Below, in pieces: positions 1-12,051 of a stretch of 64,000 nt of DNA. How positions within the stretch are numbered: the first letter of the stretch is position 1; every line of letters starts with the position of its first letter. The DNA is from Eledone cirrhosa (lineage: Eukaryota), in contig OZ024744.1 in NCBI GenBank assembly GCA_964016885.1, forward strand, positions 112,034,001 to 112,098,000. Direction: 5' to 3'. The position numbers were made by a program, and so were the translations under genes. The notes under the pieces were generated by a model. It was not told the DNA's origin. It worked only from the letters and a program-made list of their open reading frames with translations, and did no database searches.

Positions 1-1766
1 GGACTGGGTGCTTCTTGTTGTATGACTCCTACATGTCCACATTTACAGTGTGGACTGGATACTTTTTGTTATGACTCCTACATGTCCACATTTACAGAGT
101 GGACTGGGTGCTTTTTGTTATGACTCCTACATGTCCACATTTACAGTGTGGACTGGATGCTTTTTGTTATGACTCCTACATGTCCACATTTACAGTGTGG
201 ACTGGATGCTTTTTGTTATGACTCCTACATGTCCACATTTACAGTGTGGACTGGATGCTTTTTGTTATGACTCCTACATGTCCACATTTACAGTGTGGAC
301 TGGGTGCTTTTTGTTATGACTCTTACATGTCCACATTTACAGTGTGGACTGGATGCTTTTTGTTATGACTCCTACATGTCCACATTTACAGTGTGGACTG
401 GGTGCTTTTTGTTATGACTCCTACATGTCCACATTTACAGTGTGGACTGGATGCTTTTTGTTATGACCCCTACATGTCCACATTTACAGTGTGGACTGGG
501 TGTTTTTTGTTATGACTCCTACATGTCCACATTTACAGTGTGGACTGGGTGTTTTTTGTTATGACTCCTACATGTCCACATTTACAGTGTGGACTGGGTG
601 CTTTTTGTTATGACTCCTACATGTCCACATTTACAGTGTGGACTGGGTGCTTCTTGTTGTATGACTCCTACATGTCCACATTTACAGTGTGGACTGGATA
701 CTTTTTGTTATGACTCCTACATGTCCACATTTACAGAGTGGACTGGGTGCTTTTTGTTATGACTCCTACATGTCCACATTTACAGTGTGGACTGGATGCT
801 TTTTGTTATGACTCCTACATGTCCACATTTACAGTGTGGACTGGGTGCTTTTTGTTATGACTCTTACATGTCCACTTTACTGTGTGGACTGGATGCTTTT
901 TGTTATGACTCCTACATGTCCACATTTACAGAGTGGACTGGGTGCTTCTTGTTGTATGACTCCTACATGTCCACATTTACAGTGTGGACTGGGTGCTTTT
1001 TGTTATGACTCCTACATGTCCACATTTACAGTGTGGACTGGATGCTTTTTGTTATGACTCCTACATGTCCACATTTACAGTGTGGACTGGGTGCTTTTTG
1101 TTATGACTCCTACATGTCCACATTTACAGTGTGGACTGGATGCTTTTTGTTATGACTCTTACATGTCCACTTTACTGTGTGGACTGGATGCTTTTTGTTA
1201 TGACTCCTACATGTCCACATTTACAGTGTGAACTGGGTGCTTTTTGTTATGACTCCTACATGTCCACATTTACAGTGTGGACTGGGTGCTTTTTGTTATG
1301 ACTCCTACATGTCCACATTTACAGTGTGGACTGGATGCTTTTTTGTTATGACTCCTACATGTCCACATTTACAGTGTGGACTGGGTGCTTTTTGTTATGA
1401 CTCCTACATGTCCACATTTACAGTGTGGACTGGATGCTTTTTGTTATGACTCCTACATGTCCACATTTACAGTGTGGACTGGGTGCTTTTTGTTATGACT
1501 CCTACATGTCCACATTTACAGTGTGGACTGGGTGCTTTTTGTTATGACTCCTACATGTCCACATTTACATTGTGGACTGGATGCTTTTTGTTATGACTCC
1601 TACATGTCCACATTTACAGTGTGGACTGGGTGCTTTTTGTTATGACTCCTACATGTCCACATTTACAGTGTGGACTGGGTGCTTTTTGTTATGACTCCTA
1701 CATGTCCACATTTACAGTGTGGACTGGATGCTTCTTGTTATGACTCCTACATGTCCACTTTACTGT
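1..1766. repeat. 49-bp minisatellite (~36 copies, runs off window start)
   Basis: Unit ggactgg(g/a)tgctttttgttatgactcctacatgtccacatttacagtgt repeated head to tail; resembles the antisense ~48-bp repeat of the RTE 3'UTR. Confidence 0.97.
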
Positions 1767-2995
1767 GTGGACTGAATGTTTTGGTACCAAAACGACCACT
1801 TTAAGGTGTGGACTGAATGTTTTGGTACCAAAACAACCACTTTAAGGTGTGGACTGAATGTTTTGGTACCAAAACAACCACTTTAAGGTGTGGACTGAAT
1901 GTTTTGGTACCAAAACGACCACTTTAAGGTGTGGACTGAATGTTTTGGTACCAAAACAACCACTTTAAGGTGTGGACTGAATGTTTTGGTACCAAAACGA
2001 TCACTTTAAGGTGTGGACTGAATGTTTTGGTACCAAAACGACCACTTTAAGGTGTGGACTGAATGTTTTGGTACCAAAACGACCACTTTAAGGTGTGGAC
2101 TGAATGTTTTGGTACCAAAACAACCACTTTAAGGTGTGGACTGAATGTTTTGGTACCAAAACGACCACTTTAAGGTGTGGACTGAATGTTTTGGTACCAA
2201 AACGACCACTTTAAGGTGTGGACTGAATGTTTTGGTACCAAAACGACCACTTTAAGGTGTGGACTGAATGTTTTGGTACCAAAACAACCACTTTAAGGTG
2301 TGGACTGAATGTTTTGGTACCAAAACAACCACTTTAAGGTGTGGACTGAATGTTTTGGTACCAAAACAACCACTTTAAGGTGTGGACTGAATGTTTTGGT
2401 ACCAAAACAACCACTTTAAGGTGTGGACTGAATGTTTTGGTACCAAAACAACCACTTTAAGGTGTGGACTGAATGTTTTGGTACCAAAACAACCACTTTA
2501 AGGTGTGGACTGAATGTTTTGGTACCAAAACAACCACTTTAAGGTGTGGACTGAATGTTTTGGTACCAAAACAACCACTTTAAGGTGTGGACTGAATGTT
2601 TTGGTACCAAAACAACCACTTTAAGGTGTGGACTGAATGTTTTGGTACCAAAACAACCACTTTAAGGTGTGGACTGAATGTTTTGGTACCAAAACAACCA
2701 CTTTAAGGTGTGGACTGAATGTTTTGGTATCAAAACAACCACTTTAAGGTGTGGACTGAATGTTTTGGTACCAAAACAACCACTTTAAGGTGTGGACTGA
2801 ATGTTTTGGTATCAAAACAACCACTTTAAGGTGTGGACTGAATGTTTTGGTACCAAAACAACCACTTTAAGGTGTGGACTGAATGTTTTGGTACCAAAAC
2901 GACCACTTTAAGGTGTGGACTGAATGTTTTGGTACCAAAACAACCACTTTAAGGTGTGGACTGAATGTTTTGGTATCAAAACAACCACTTTAAAG
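1767..2995. repeat. 41-bp minisatellite (~30 copies) with palindromic core
   Basis: Unit gtggactgaatgttttggtaccaaaac(a/g)accactttaaggt; core gttttggtaccaaaac is a perfect 16-bp palindrome. Confidence 0.97.
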
Positions 2996-3645
2996 GAAAG
3001 ACTGGGCATTTATTGTCAGTCACTAAAATAACTACTCTACAAGGTGGACTGGGCACTTTTGTCATGTCACTAACCTACCTACACTTCAGGGTGGATTGGG
3101 CACTTTCTATCATGTCACCAACACACCTACTTTACAGGGTGGGCTGGGTGGCTTCTGTTGTTTCACCGACGTGACTACCTTACAGGGTGAACTGAACGCT
3201 ATTAGCCATTTTAGCAGCATTATGAGAGTGTGTGTTCATCCAATATATATTTAGAGAGGTCAAGAGAGGTGGTCACATGTGGAAAGTGAAGATGGGATAT
3301 GTGTAGAGTGGGGATTAGAGAGGTAGGTAGAGTAGGGTACTTAGCTGGTGAAAGGTGGAGTGTTAAGATGTGGGAGGTGTATGGAAGGGGAGCAGTGTCG
3401 TGGACAGAGAGACCTTTAGATGTTATTTCATCCCATGCACATTGGAAGGTGGGTCTTCTGCAGTTCAGAATGATGTCAGAGATCTCAATTCTGTGTCATC
3501 TCCTTTGAGAGGTTTAATTCGGTACAGTTAGCTTTTATCACTTCCTCCCGACCTTTCCTAGATCTTCCTCTTCCATATTTTCTTTCAACTATGAGTGTCC
3601 TGCATCATTTTATACAGCTGTCATCTCTCACACACATCCCAGGTC
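2996..3645 (-). mobile_element. Decayed RTE LINE 3' end (C-terminal ORF remnant plus 3'UTR repeats)
   Basis: Minus strand near 3480-3630 reads RDDSCIK*CRTLIVERKYGRGRSRKGREEVIKANCTELNLSKEMT, homologous to the C-terminus of the 4686-5564 ORF; degenerate 3'UTR units at 2996-3200. Confidence 0.75.
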
Positions 3646-4185
3646 TATACCCCCCACAATCTCCTGCAAACTGCATCTGATACTTAACAAAACTTCTTTC
3701 GTTTCGGTAATTCCCATTTCCTTCAATTCTTAGCACCAAGAGCAGAACTTCTTTTATCTTCGGCAGAGGTTGCACAGAATGTTTTGTGGTAATTAGTTAC
3801 GCCACTTTATGTTCAAATCCCACCAAAAGTTACTTCACCTCTCATCCTTCTATGGTTGATAAAAATAGAGTACCAGTCATGCACTGATGAGGATCAATAT
3901 AATGAATAGACTCACCCCCACCCACCCAACCATAAATTGTCGGCTTTATTCTTATGTTCCAAAAGTAGAAACTATCATTTACCAATGTTAATTTGAAAGG
4001 AATATTCTGCGTTTTATGGCAAATTTGTTATATTTATTTCAATGGCCATACCACACATTATTAGAGAGAGGAAGAGAGAGAGAAATATATTATATAGATG
4101 TAATCCTCATCATCATTTTACACCTGCCTTTTCATGCTTGCACACGTCTTCTCCAGCACAGCTTTCCCTACACATGTTGTGGTAA

Positions 4186-4233
<48 letters not shown>

Positions 4234-4237
<4 letters not shown>

Positions 4238-4720
4238 TTATTAAAATAACAGATTAAAGTTTAAGCAAAGAATCTCTGCTTTCACCCTTAACGGGATCTT
4301 CTGAAACTAACAAAGTCAATCTGTAAACGCAGAACTGGATATTTCAAAAAACGTTGCAACCGGAGGAAGACAGGAAGACGATACTTTGGTTTGTGGAAAC
4401 GTTCGCTGGCAAAGAACAGGAAAAAACGAATAATACGTCATTAATAGGAGCGGTGAAAAACAATTACGCGCAAAGACAAAACCACGTTTATGGTATAAAA
4501 GAGGTCGTAGACTAATGTTCTCTAAGTGGTGCATAGAGACGTTAGATTGACTTTGTTAGTTTCAGAAGATTCCGTTAAGGGTGAAAGCAGCGATTCTTTG
4601 CTTAAACTTTAATCTGTTATTTTAATAAATATTTCCTCTACGGTTCTTATATATTTGATATATATTTATCCTTATCGAGCCCTCTTTGGATTTTAGTCTT
4701 CAATTTTATTATTATTACTA
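4234..4720. mobile_element. PLE pseudo-LTR-like inverted element in (TA)n
   Basis: ~89-bp inverted arms 4234-4322 and 4544-4632; same family at 21040-21235; hammerhead-like motif in each arm. Confidence 0.7.
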
Positions 4721-4735
4721 TATATATATATATAT

Positions 4736-5868
4736 AGAAAACAGAACCCAGATCCCCTCAGGGAAATGGCCTTGCTCAGTATGTAGGAAAGGTGTAGGTA
4801 GGAACTCCATTCTCTGCCCCAAATGCAAACAATGGGTACACAAGAGATGTAGCGGGATCTCAGGAAGCTTAATTAAGAATGTAGGATTCACATGCAGCAG
4901 CTGTGCTGAAACAGCAAGCAAACAGCCACAGGAAACAAGTACCACCAATCTCTGGGAGGGCCCTGTAGAAACAGTAGACAGCTTCTGTTACCTAGGTGAC
5001 CGAATTAGCAACGGAGGTGGGTGCTCAGAAAGTACAATAACTAGGGTAAGAACGGGATGGAAGAAGTTTAGGGAACTACTACCACTGCTAGCTGCAAAAG
5101 GCTTCTCCCTCAGAATGAAAGGTAGACTGTATGATGCGTGTATCCGAACAGCGATGTTGCATGGTAGTGAGACCTGGGCGCTGAAGGTGGAAGACTTACG
5201 TAGATTAGAGAGAAACGAAGCCTGCATGCTCCGATGGATGTGTAACAGTAATATACGTGAACGACAAAGCATAAAGGAATTGAGAGAGAGACTGAGCATA
5301 AGAGGAATCAAATGCTGCGTGCAGGAGAGGCGGTTACGCTGGTATGGACATGTGATGCGTATGAAGGATGACAGCTGCATAAAAAGGTGCAGAGCACTAG
5401 AAGTTGATGGAAACCGCGGAGTGGGGAGACTCAAGATGACTTGGGATGAGGTGATAAAAGCCGACCTTACCCAACTACACCTCTCAAAGACAATGACACA
5501 CGACCGTGACTTCTGGCGTCACGCAGTAATACAGGGTACCCGACCTCCCATGGGTACATGCTGAAGCATATAAACAATATGCCCCCACTCCCCCCACCGC
5601 AAGGTGGTCGTGGAGGTGCCACGGCAAAAAATCACCCAGCCCACACTGTAAAGTGGACGTGTAGGCGCCACGAAAAAGCACCCAGCACTCACTGTAAATG
5701 AGGTTGGTGTTAGGAAGGGCATCCAGCTATAGAAATCAAGCCAGATCAGTTCCTGTATGAGCAAGGCATGGACAGCCGACCAGACACTGCCCACAACAGG
5801 ACAACCCGTCTAACCCATGCTAGCGTGGAAGAACGGACGTAAAACGGTGATGATGATGATGATGATGA
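4736..5868 (+). mobile_element. 5'-truncated RTE LINE, subfamily B
   Basis: PHD finger WPCSVC...WVHKRC...CSSC, thumb FCYLGD, MLHGSETW, RLRWYGHV, stop at 5564; 3'UTR; (GAT)n tail. Confidence 0.93.
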
Positions 5869-5885
5869 TATATATATATATATAT

Positions 5886-6161
5886 ATTAGAAAGTGAGGT
5901 TTTTTTTACAAAATGAAAAATAACCGAGGTGTCCTACACGAGTGAAAGTATAAAGAAAAAAAGAAGAAATCGAAAATGCAACTGGAGTCTTATTTTAAAA
6001 AAAATATATATATTTACAGATATGAGAAAAACCACAGACCCTCCATCTCAACTCTACTTTCGAAAAGCAGAAGAATTGCGAAACCAGTAAAGGAACCAAA
6101 TAAATATATATATTTTTTTAAAAATAAGACTCCAGTTGCATTTTCGATTTCATCTTTTTTT

Positions 6162-6170
<9 letters not shown>
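5886..6170. mobile_element. Short inverted-repeat element in (TA)n, probable PLE pLTR remnant
   Basis: ~68-bp inverted arms 5949-6016 and 6101-6168; spacer holds decayed hammerhead-like actt-TCGAAAA-GCA..TGC-GAAA-CCAG-TA-aagg. Confidence 0.55.
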
Positions 6171-6209
<39 letters not shown>

Positions 6210-6212
<3 letters not shown>

Positions 6213-9006
6213 TTAGTGTTAACAACAGAGTGTCTGTTGTTAACACTAAATCCCTCCCCCATGAAGAATGCACCTCCCAACATAGACTGATAATTAGCGA
6301 CCTCATAGTCAGGACGAGACGTACTCGACAACAGAAGAGGACTATCCTCAGGAGGAAAATATGGAAGCTAAAGGACCCCACAGCCAGGAATAAATTTCAA
6401 AGCATATTACTTGATGCTTTCGACAGTAAGGAAGAACATTTAGAGTCGGACAATATAGAGGGAGAGTGGGAATTTCTGAAAGCAAACCTGCTGTTGGCGA
6501 CAGACGAGGTCTGTGGCTGGAGCAGGCCTGTAGGCAGGAGGAGAGTAACATGGTGGTGGAACAGTAAGGTGGAGGGGTCAATTAAGGCCAAAAAGCAGGC
6601 TTGGAAAGTATGGCGGGATGGGGGAAGTAGAGAGGACTGTCAAGTGGCCAGGAGGGAAGCTAGGAGACAAGTGTACTTAGCAAGAAGGGAAGCTGAGGAA
6701 AGAAAGTTCAAGCATGTTCTACAACGCGATGACCAAAAACGTGAGGTGTTCAGGATTGCTAGGCAATGCGTCAAGGAAAACCGTGATATTGTCGGGGAGA
6801 AGTGTGTACTAAACGACGATGGCACACTTGCCATCACCGACGCTGATAAGAAGGTAGCTTGGAAGTGTCACTATGAAAGGCTTCTAAATGAGGAGAATAA
6901 TTGGGAGAAAGGCAGTCTCCCCCATATCGACCCAATAGAGGGACCAGCAGTGTTAGTCGAGGGGAGTATAATAAGTAAGGCAATCAAGGATATGAAGACT
7001 GGTAAGGCGGCTGGGCCTTCGGAAATAGTTGCTGAGATGCTGAAGGCATCTGGCACGGTGGGACACACCATGGTCACCCGCATAGTTAACCAAGTCGTAC
7101 AGAATGGGGTTGTTCCGAAGGACTGGCATAGCAGCATCATCGTTAACTGTTATAAGGGTAAAGGAGATGCCCTAGATAGGAGTAACTATAGAGGCATTAA
7201 ATTAATCGACCAGGTCATGAAGGTCACGGAAAGAGTAATAGCGCAACTAATCAGAGAGAGAATTGACCTAGATGAAATGCAGTTCGGGTTTGTGTCAGGC
7301 AAAAGTACCACAGACGCTCTTTTCATAGTACGACAACTACAGGAGAAGTACCTAGCTAAAGGTAAACCCCTCTACTTAGCTTTTGTCGACTTGGAGAAAG
7401 CCTTCGACAGAGTCCCCCGCTCCATTATCTGGTGGGCTCTTAGAAAACTAGGCGTTGACGAATGGCTTGTGAGGGCTATACAAGCCATGTATAAAGAAAC
7501 AGTCAGCAAGGTTAGAATTAACAACGAATATAGTGAAGAGTTTAGCGTAAAAGTCGGCGTCCATCAGGGCTCTGTTCTCAGTCCACTACTATTTATTATT
7601 GCCCTTCAGGCTATAACAGAGGAGTTCAAGACAGGCTGCCCATGGGAACTCCTATACGCAGACGACCTGACACTCATAGCGGAATCAATGGCCGAGCTAG
7701 AGAAGAAATTCCAAACATGGAAGCACGGCCTAGAGTCAAAAGGACTTAAAATTAACCTGGCTAAGACCAAAGTACTAGTTTGTAGGAAAGAAAACAAGGC
7801 GGCGGTCCCTTCTGGGAAATGGTCGTGCTCGGTGTGTAGGAAAGGCGTAGGTAGAAACTCCATTTTATGTCCTAAATGCAAAGTATGGGTGCATAAAAGA
7901 TGTAGTGGGATCACAGGTAAGCTAACTAAGAACATAGATTTTACATGTGGCCGGTGCTCTGGTGCAATAAGTAGCAGCAAGTGCCCACAAACTACTAGCT
8001 CTTTCAATTGCGCAGAGGGTTCTATAGAAATAGTGGACAGCTTCCGTTACCTGGGCGATAAAATCAGCAGTGGGGGAGGGTGCTCTGAAAGTACTGTAGC
8101 TAGAGTCAGAACTGGTTGGAAAAAGTTCAGAGAGCTTATACCACTATTAGCTGCTAAAGGGTTCTCACTAAAAATGAAAGGCAGGTTGTACGATGCCTGC
8201 ATACGAACAGCAATGCTGCATGGCAGTGAGACCTGGGCATTGTGTGCAGAGGATATACGCAGACTAGAGAGGAACGAAGCTTGCATGCTCCGCTGGATGT
8301 GTAACAGTAATATACGTGAACGGCAAAGCATAAACGAACTAAGGAAAAAATTAGAGATAAGAGGGATCAGATGTTGTTTACTCGAGAGAAGGCTACGTTG
8401 GTATGGACACGTGATGCGCATGAAAGTCGATAGCTGTATAACAAAGTGCAGGGCAATAAAGATAGACGGTAGTCACGGAATAGGCAGACCTAGAAAAACC
8501 TGGGACGAGCTGATAAACTCCGACATCACACACTTACACCTCTCCAAGACAATGTCACTGGACCGAGACCTTTGGCGGTACTCAGTAACAGAGAAGACCC
8601 GCCTTACCTAAATATATAGTAAAACCTACTCCAGCCAGTAGGCATCTCTAACAAAATACACCCCGTCCCACCACCCCCACCCCCACCCGATCCACACCAC
8701 CCCGTTCTATGTAAAGTTATGTTGGTGCCGCGCCATCGAGGCCGAAACAAATGAGATCGTGTAGGTGTCACGACAAAAAAACACACAGTCCACGCTGTAA
8801 TGTGGCCGTGTAGGCAACACGGTAAAAACCTCCCAGACCCACACTGTAAATGTGGTTGGTGTTAGGAAGGGCATCCAACTGTAGAAAACCTGCCAGACAG
8901 TCCTATGCGAGCAAGACAATCACTCTTGCCTCAAGTGGGACTACCCCCGTCCAAACCCATGCAAGCGTGGAACACGGACGTTAAACGTTGATGATGATGA
9001 TGATGA

Positions 9007-9010
<4 letters not shown>
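6210..9010 (+). mobile_element. 5'-truncated RTE LINE, subfamily A (open frame 6230-8611)
   Basis: Near-identical to 14070-16850; RT motifs QFGF, FVDLEKAFD, GVHQGSVLSP, YADD; (GAT)n tail. Confidence 0.97.
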
Positions 9011-9056
<46 letters not shown>

Positions 9057-9096
9057 GATATTAAATAAATGGAAACTATATTTATAAAACCATATT

Positions 9097-9162
9097 TATT
9101 TCATTATACATATTTCGGGAATACCATATTAAAAATATGGCATGCCTCCTTCAGATAAAATA
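9097..9162 (-). ncRNA. Hammerhead copy in the inverted arm (core mutated to CTGAAGG)
   Basis: Reverse complement of 9308-9373 with an A9-to-G change. Confidence 0.6.
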
Positions 9163-9307
9163 CAATATATAAACAGTTTTATAAATAATTTTGACGTACC
9201 ATAAATACTGATCAACTTTTATGTAAGAAGTTGGTTTGGTAGTCTTACATAAAGTTGATCAATATTTATGGTACGTCAAAATTATTTATAAAACTGTTTA
9301 TATATTG

Positions 9308-9373
9308 TATTTTATCTGAAGAAGGCATGCCATATTTTTAATATGGTATCCCCGAAATATGTATAATGAAATA
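9308..9373 (+). ncRNA. Minimal type I hammerhead ribozyme
   Basis: Stem I tattttat/atgaaata; CTGAAGA 9316-9322; stem II atgccatatt/aatatggtat; GAAA 9354-9357; self-complementary stem III ATATGTAT; predicted cleavage after 9365. Confidence 0.8.
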
Positions 9374-9503
9374 AATATGGTTTTATAAATATAGTTTCCA
9401 TTTATTTAATATCGTATATCTATTCCAAAACTTGTTGAGTGCTTTATATCAGTTATAAAATATTTACTTGTTGTAACCCAACAATTTTAAATAAAACTTT
9501 TGC

Positions 9504-9538
<35 letters not shown>

Positions 9539-9565
9539 CATTTTATTAAGTCTAAATAGTGAGTC

Positions 9566-9610
9566 TTGTTACTCTGGAGTTCATCCGTTTATCAAAGGGT
9601 CATCAGACAA
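9566..9610 (-). ncRNA. Degenerate hammerhead motif
   Basis: ttgt-CTGATGA-ccctttgataaacggat-GAA-ctccagag-TA-acaa; one A of GAAA missing. Confidence 0.45.
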
Positions 9611-9750
9611 CAACTGCTTCAGTATTGAGCACTCTTTTCTCTCAGCTCTCAACCACATGCGGATATATATATATATATATAGGAATAAGTATATATGTTA
9701 TATATATATGTATATATATTATATATGTATATATATTACATATATAAAAT

Positions 9751-9870
9751 GACAGAATAATTAAACTTAGACTTGTACTAAAGAGAACAACCATAACAAT
9801 TATATCTGGCTACGCTCCTCAATCTGGACTCCCAGACATACAAAAAGGCAGGTTCTATGAGTCCCTAATG
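9751..9870 (+). mobile_element. RTE APE-domain fragment
   Basis: Translates DRIIKLRLVLKRTTITIISGYAPQSGLPDIQKGRFYESLM, homologous to 13676-13795. Confidence 0.85.
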
Positions 9871-10366
9871 TTATAAAGAGCTTGGTTCCTTGAGCTTATT
9901 CGACTCTAAGGGAATATTGTGTGTTTTTAACTCAATATTTTAATTTTGATATATTGAGTTCCTGTTCTTTAGTAGAGTTCCACTATGTTGACTGGTTCTT
10001 GGCTGCTATTTCTAGTAGTCGAGCAATCTATTCACGCCACCTGGGATGGAATATGCATGTTTCCTCTTTTAACACATGTGCTTTTTTTAGTCTTCAAATT
10101 ATTATTTAGTATTGATGAGTATATTGGTCAACACATCCATCAACGATCTATATCTCTCCACTTAATTGCGAAACAGTTCTATTTTGATCTTGTCTGTAGG
10201 TTAATAGTTATTATGGTCGGTTCCTATACCTTAATTTATCCTTCTAATTGACTTCTGTAAACCGTATTAGCCATAGTTAATATATTCTTTACCTTGGAGC
10301 TTTTATGTCCCTCATGATTTTAATATATATGTGTGCTTCTCTCTTTACTGTGTTATAGACATATAT

Positions 10367-10368
<2 letters not shown>

Positions 10369-10401
<33 letters not shown>

Positions 10402-10693
10402 TGTTTAATGTCTATCTTCCACGCTTGCATGGGTTTGGACGGGAGTTTTCCCACTTGAGGCAAGATTGGTTGTCTTGCTCGTATAGGACTGTCTGGCGGG
10501 TTTTCTATGGCTGGATGCCCTTCCCAACACCAACCACGTTTACAGTGTGGGACTGGGAGGTTTTTTACCGTGTTACCTACACGGCCACATTACAGTGTGG
10601 ACTGTGTTGTGTTTTTTTTTTTTCGTGACACCTACACGACCTCATTTATTTCGGCCTGGATGTTGTAGTACCAACATAACTTTACATTAAAAG
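10369..10693 (-). mobile_element. RTE subfamily A 3'UTR fragment
   Basis: Reverse complement matches 16545-16850, with (CAT)n tail. Confidence 0.9.
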
Positions 10694-10698
10694 TTATG

Positions 10699-10734
<36 letters not shown>

Positions 10735-11151
10735 TATATATATATATGTTTAGAGAGAGAGAGAGAGGAAGAAAGAGAAAAAAGAGGCAAAGGCAACAAG
10801 ATAGCCTCATAGCAAGGTTTTTTTTAAACTGCATTTTGAGCTGCTGCTGTCGTTGCTGCTGATGCTGCTGCCTTTTACTTATTGAATCAATATCATTTAA
10901 TGTATTATCTATACTTGAACATCTCACTTTGAATTGATCATGAATACAAATACAAACTGAAAGGCAAATGTGTATTTTGTAAGCATATCGCTCAACGCTC
11001 AACCGGATTTCAATGTAAGTTAGATTAACAAGGAAAAATTTGTGTCAATTCAGTAAGAGTAAAAAGCAGCTGATAAAGTATGTGTAAATATTGACTTTTT
11101 AGATAGTATCATTCTGTATATATAAATACAAATAAATAAATAAGAAAGATT

Positions 11152-11204
<53 letters not shown>

Positions 11205-11860
11205 AAAAAGAAAGTGTACAGGGGAAAGGTTGGGGTTAAAAAAGCCAGAGTGAAAAATAAACTAATGTTAAAAGGCCTAGCTATAAATTAAGCTAAGATC
11301 TCCAAGTTCACCAAAGTCAAGCTGAGGGGCTCCTCCAGCTATTACTTTGTATTATGTGCTTAATGCCCTTGGGGAACTCTCAAAGAAAGGAGGTACACAT
11401 GTACATACATACAAAGACACATCCACATTCACACATACATATGTTGTGCACACATTACATAGACACTTACATACACACAAACACACACATACATATGTGT
11501 GCAATCTATACTGAATGAATAGCTCTGAAAACTAGCTGAAATCCATTGTAACAACAAGTTTGAATGGCTGTTTATTTAACGATCTATTATTTTGATAGGC
11601 AAGTGTATTCAATAATTTGTGTGGGGAGACATATCAAGTAATAAAAGATATTAGTACCTCTTCATGTTGAATGTATATTTATTTTCTCAGAGTTAGTTAG
11701 TTACAAAGAGACAGACTTTCTGATTGTACAGTCAGACTTTGCACAAACTCTATACTTTCTGAGGTGGAGATAAAACTTGTGATATTGAAAAATATTTTAG
11801 AACTTTCTGAAACATGATTAGATGTTTTAATAAATAAATACATTGATTTAAAAAAAATTA

Positions 11861-12051
11861 ATTGTTTCTACTTTTGGCACAAGGCCAGCAATTATCCCAG
11901 TGTATTACTGGTACTTTATTTTATCGACCCCGTAAAGATGAAAGGCAAAGTTAACCTCGGCGGGATTTGAACTCAGATCATAAAGGGAGGTAACTCTATG
12001 CTTCAAAGCATGGCGTCCCGACCCTCTACCGATACTGCCAATCCACCGCCC
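11861..12051 (-). mobile_element. tRNA-headed SINE family 2
   Basis: Head tggcagtatcggtagag, B-box gagttcaaatcc, 3' end agtagaaacaatt; TSD ttta(a)nttaat. Confidence 0.85.

Larger units (their letters stand above)
9054..9504. mobile_element. Inverted pLTR pair with 3' tail (PLE-type insertion)
   Basis: ~175-bp inverted arms 9054-9228 and 9243-9418, 14-nt spacer, ~86-bp tail, flanked by (TA)n; same family at 38170-38590. Confidence 0.85.

Noticed and set aside
1767-2995. CRISPR-like palindromic repeats
   Set aside because: Units are contiguous with no unique spacers, there are no cas genes, and the context is eukaryotic
4234-4632. MITE interpretation of the long inverted repeats
   Set aside because: Arms are asymmetric with one-sided tails, solo arms exist, and hammerhead-like motifs are present, which fits PLE pLTRs better
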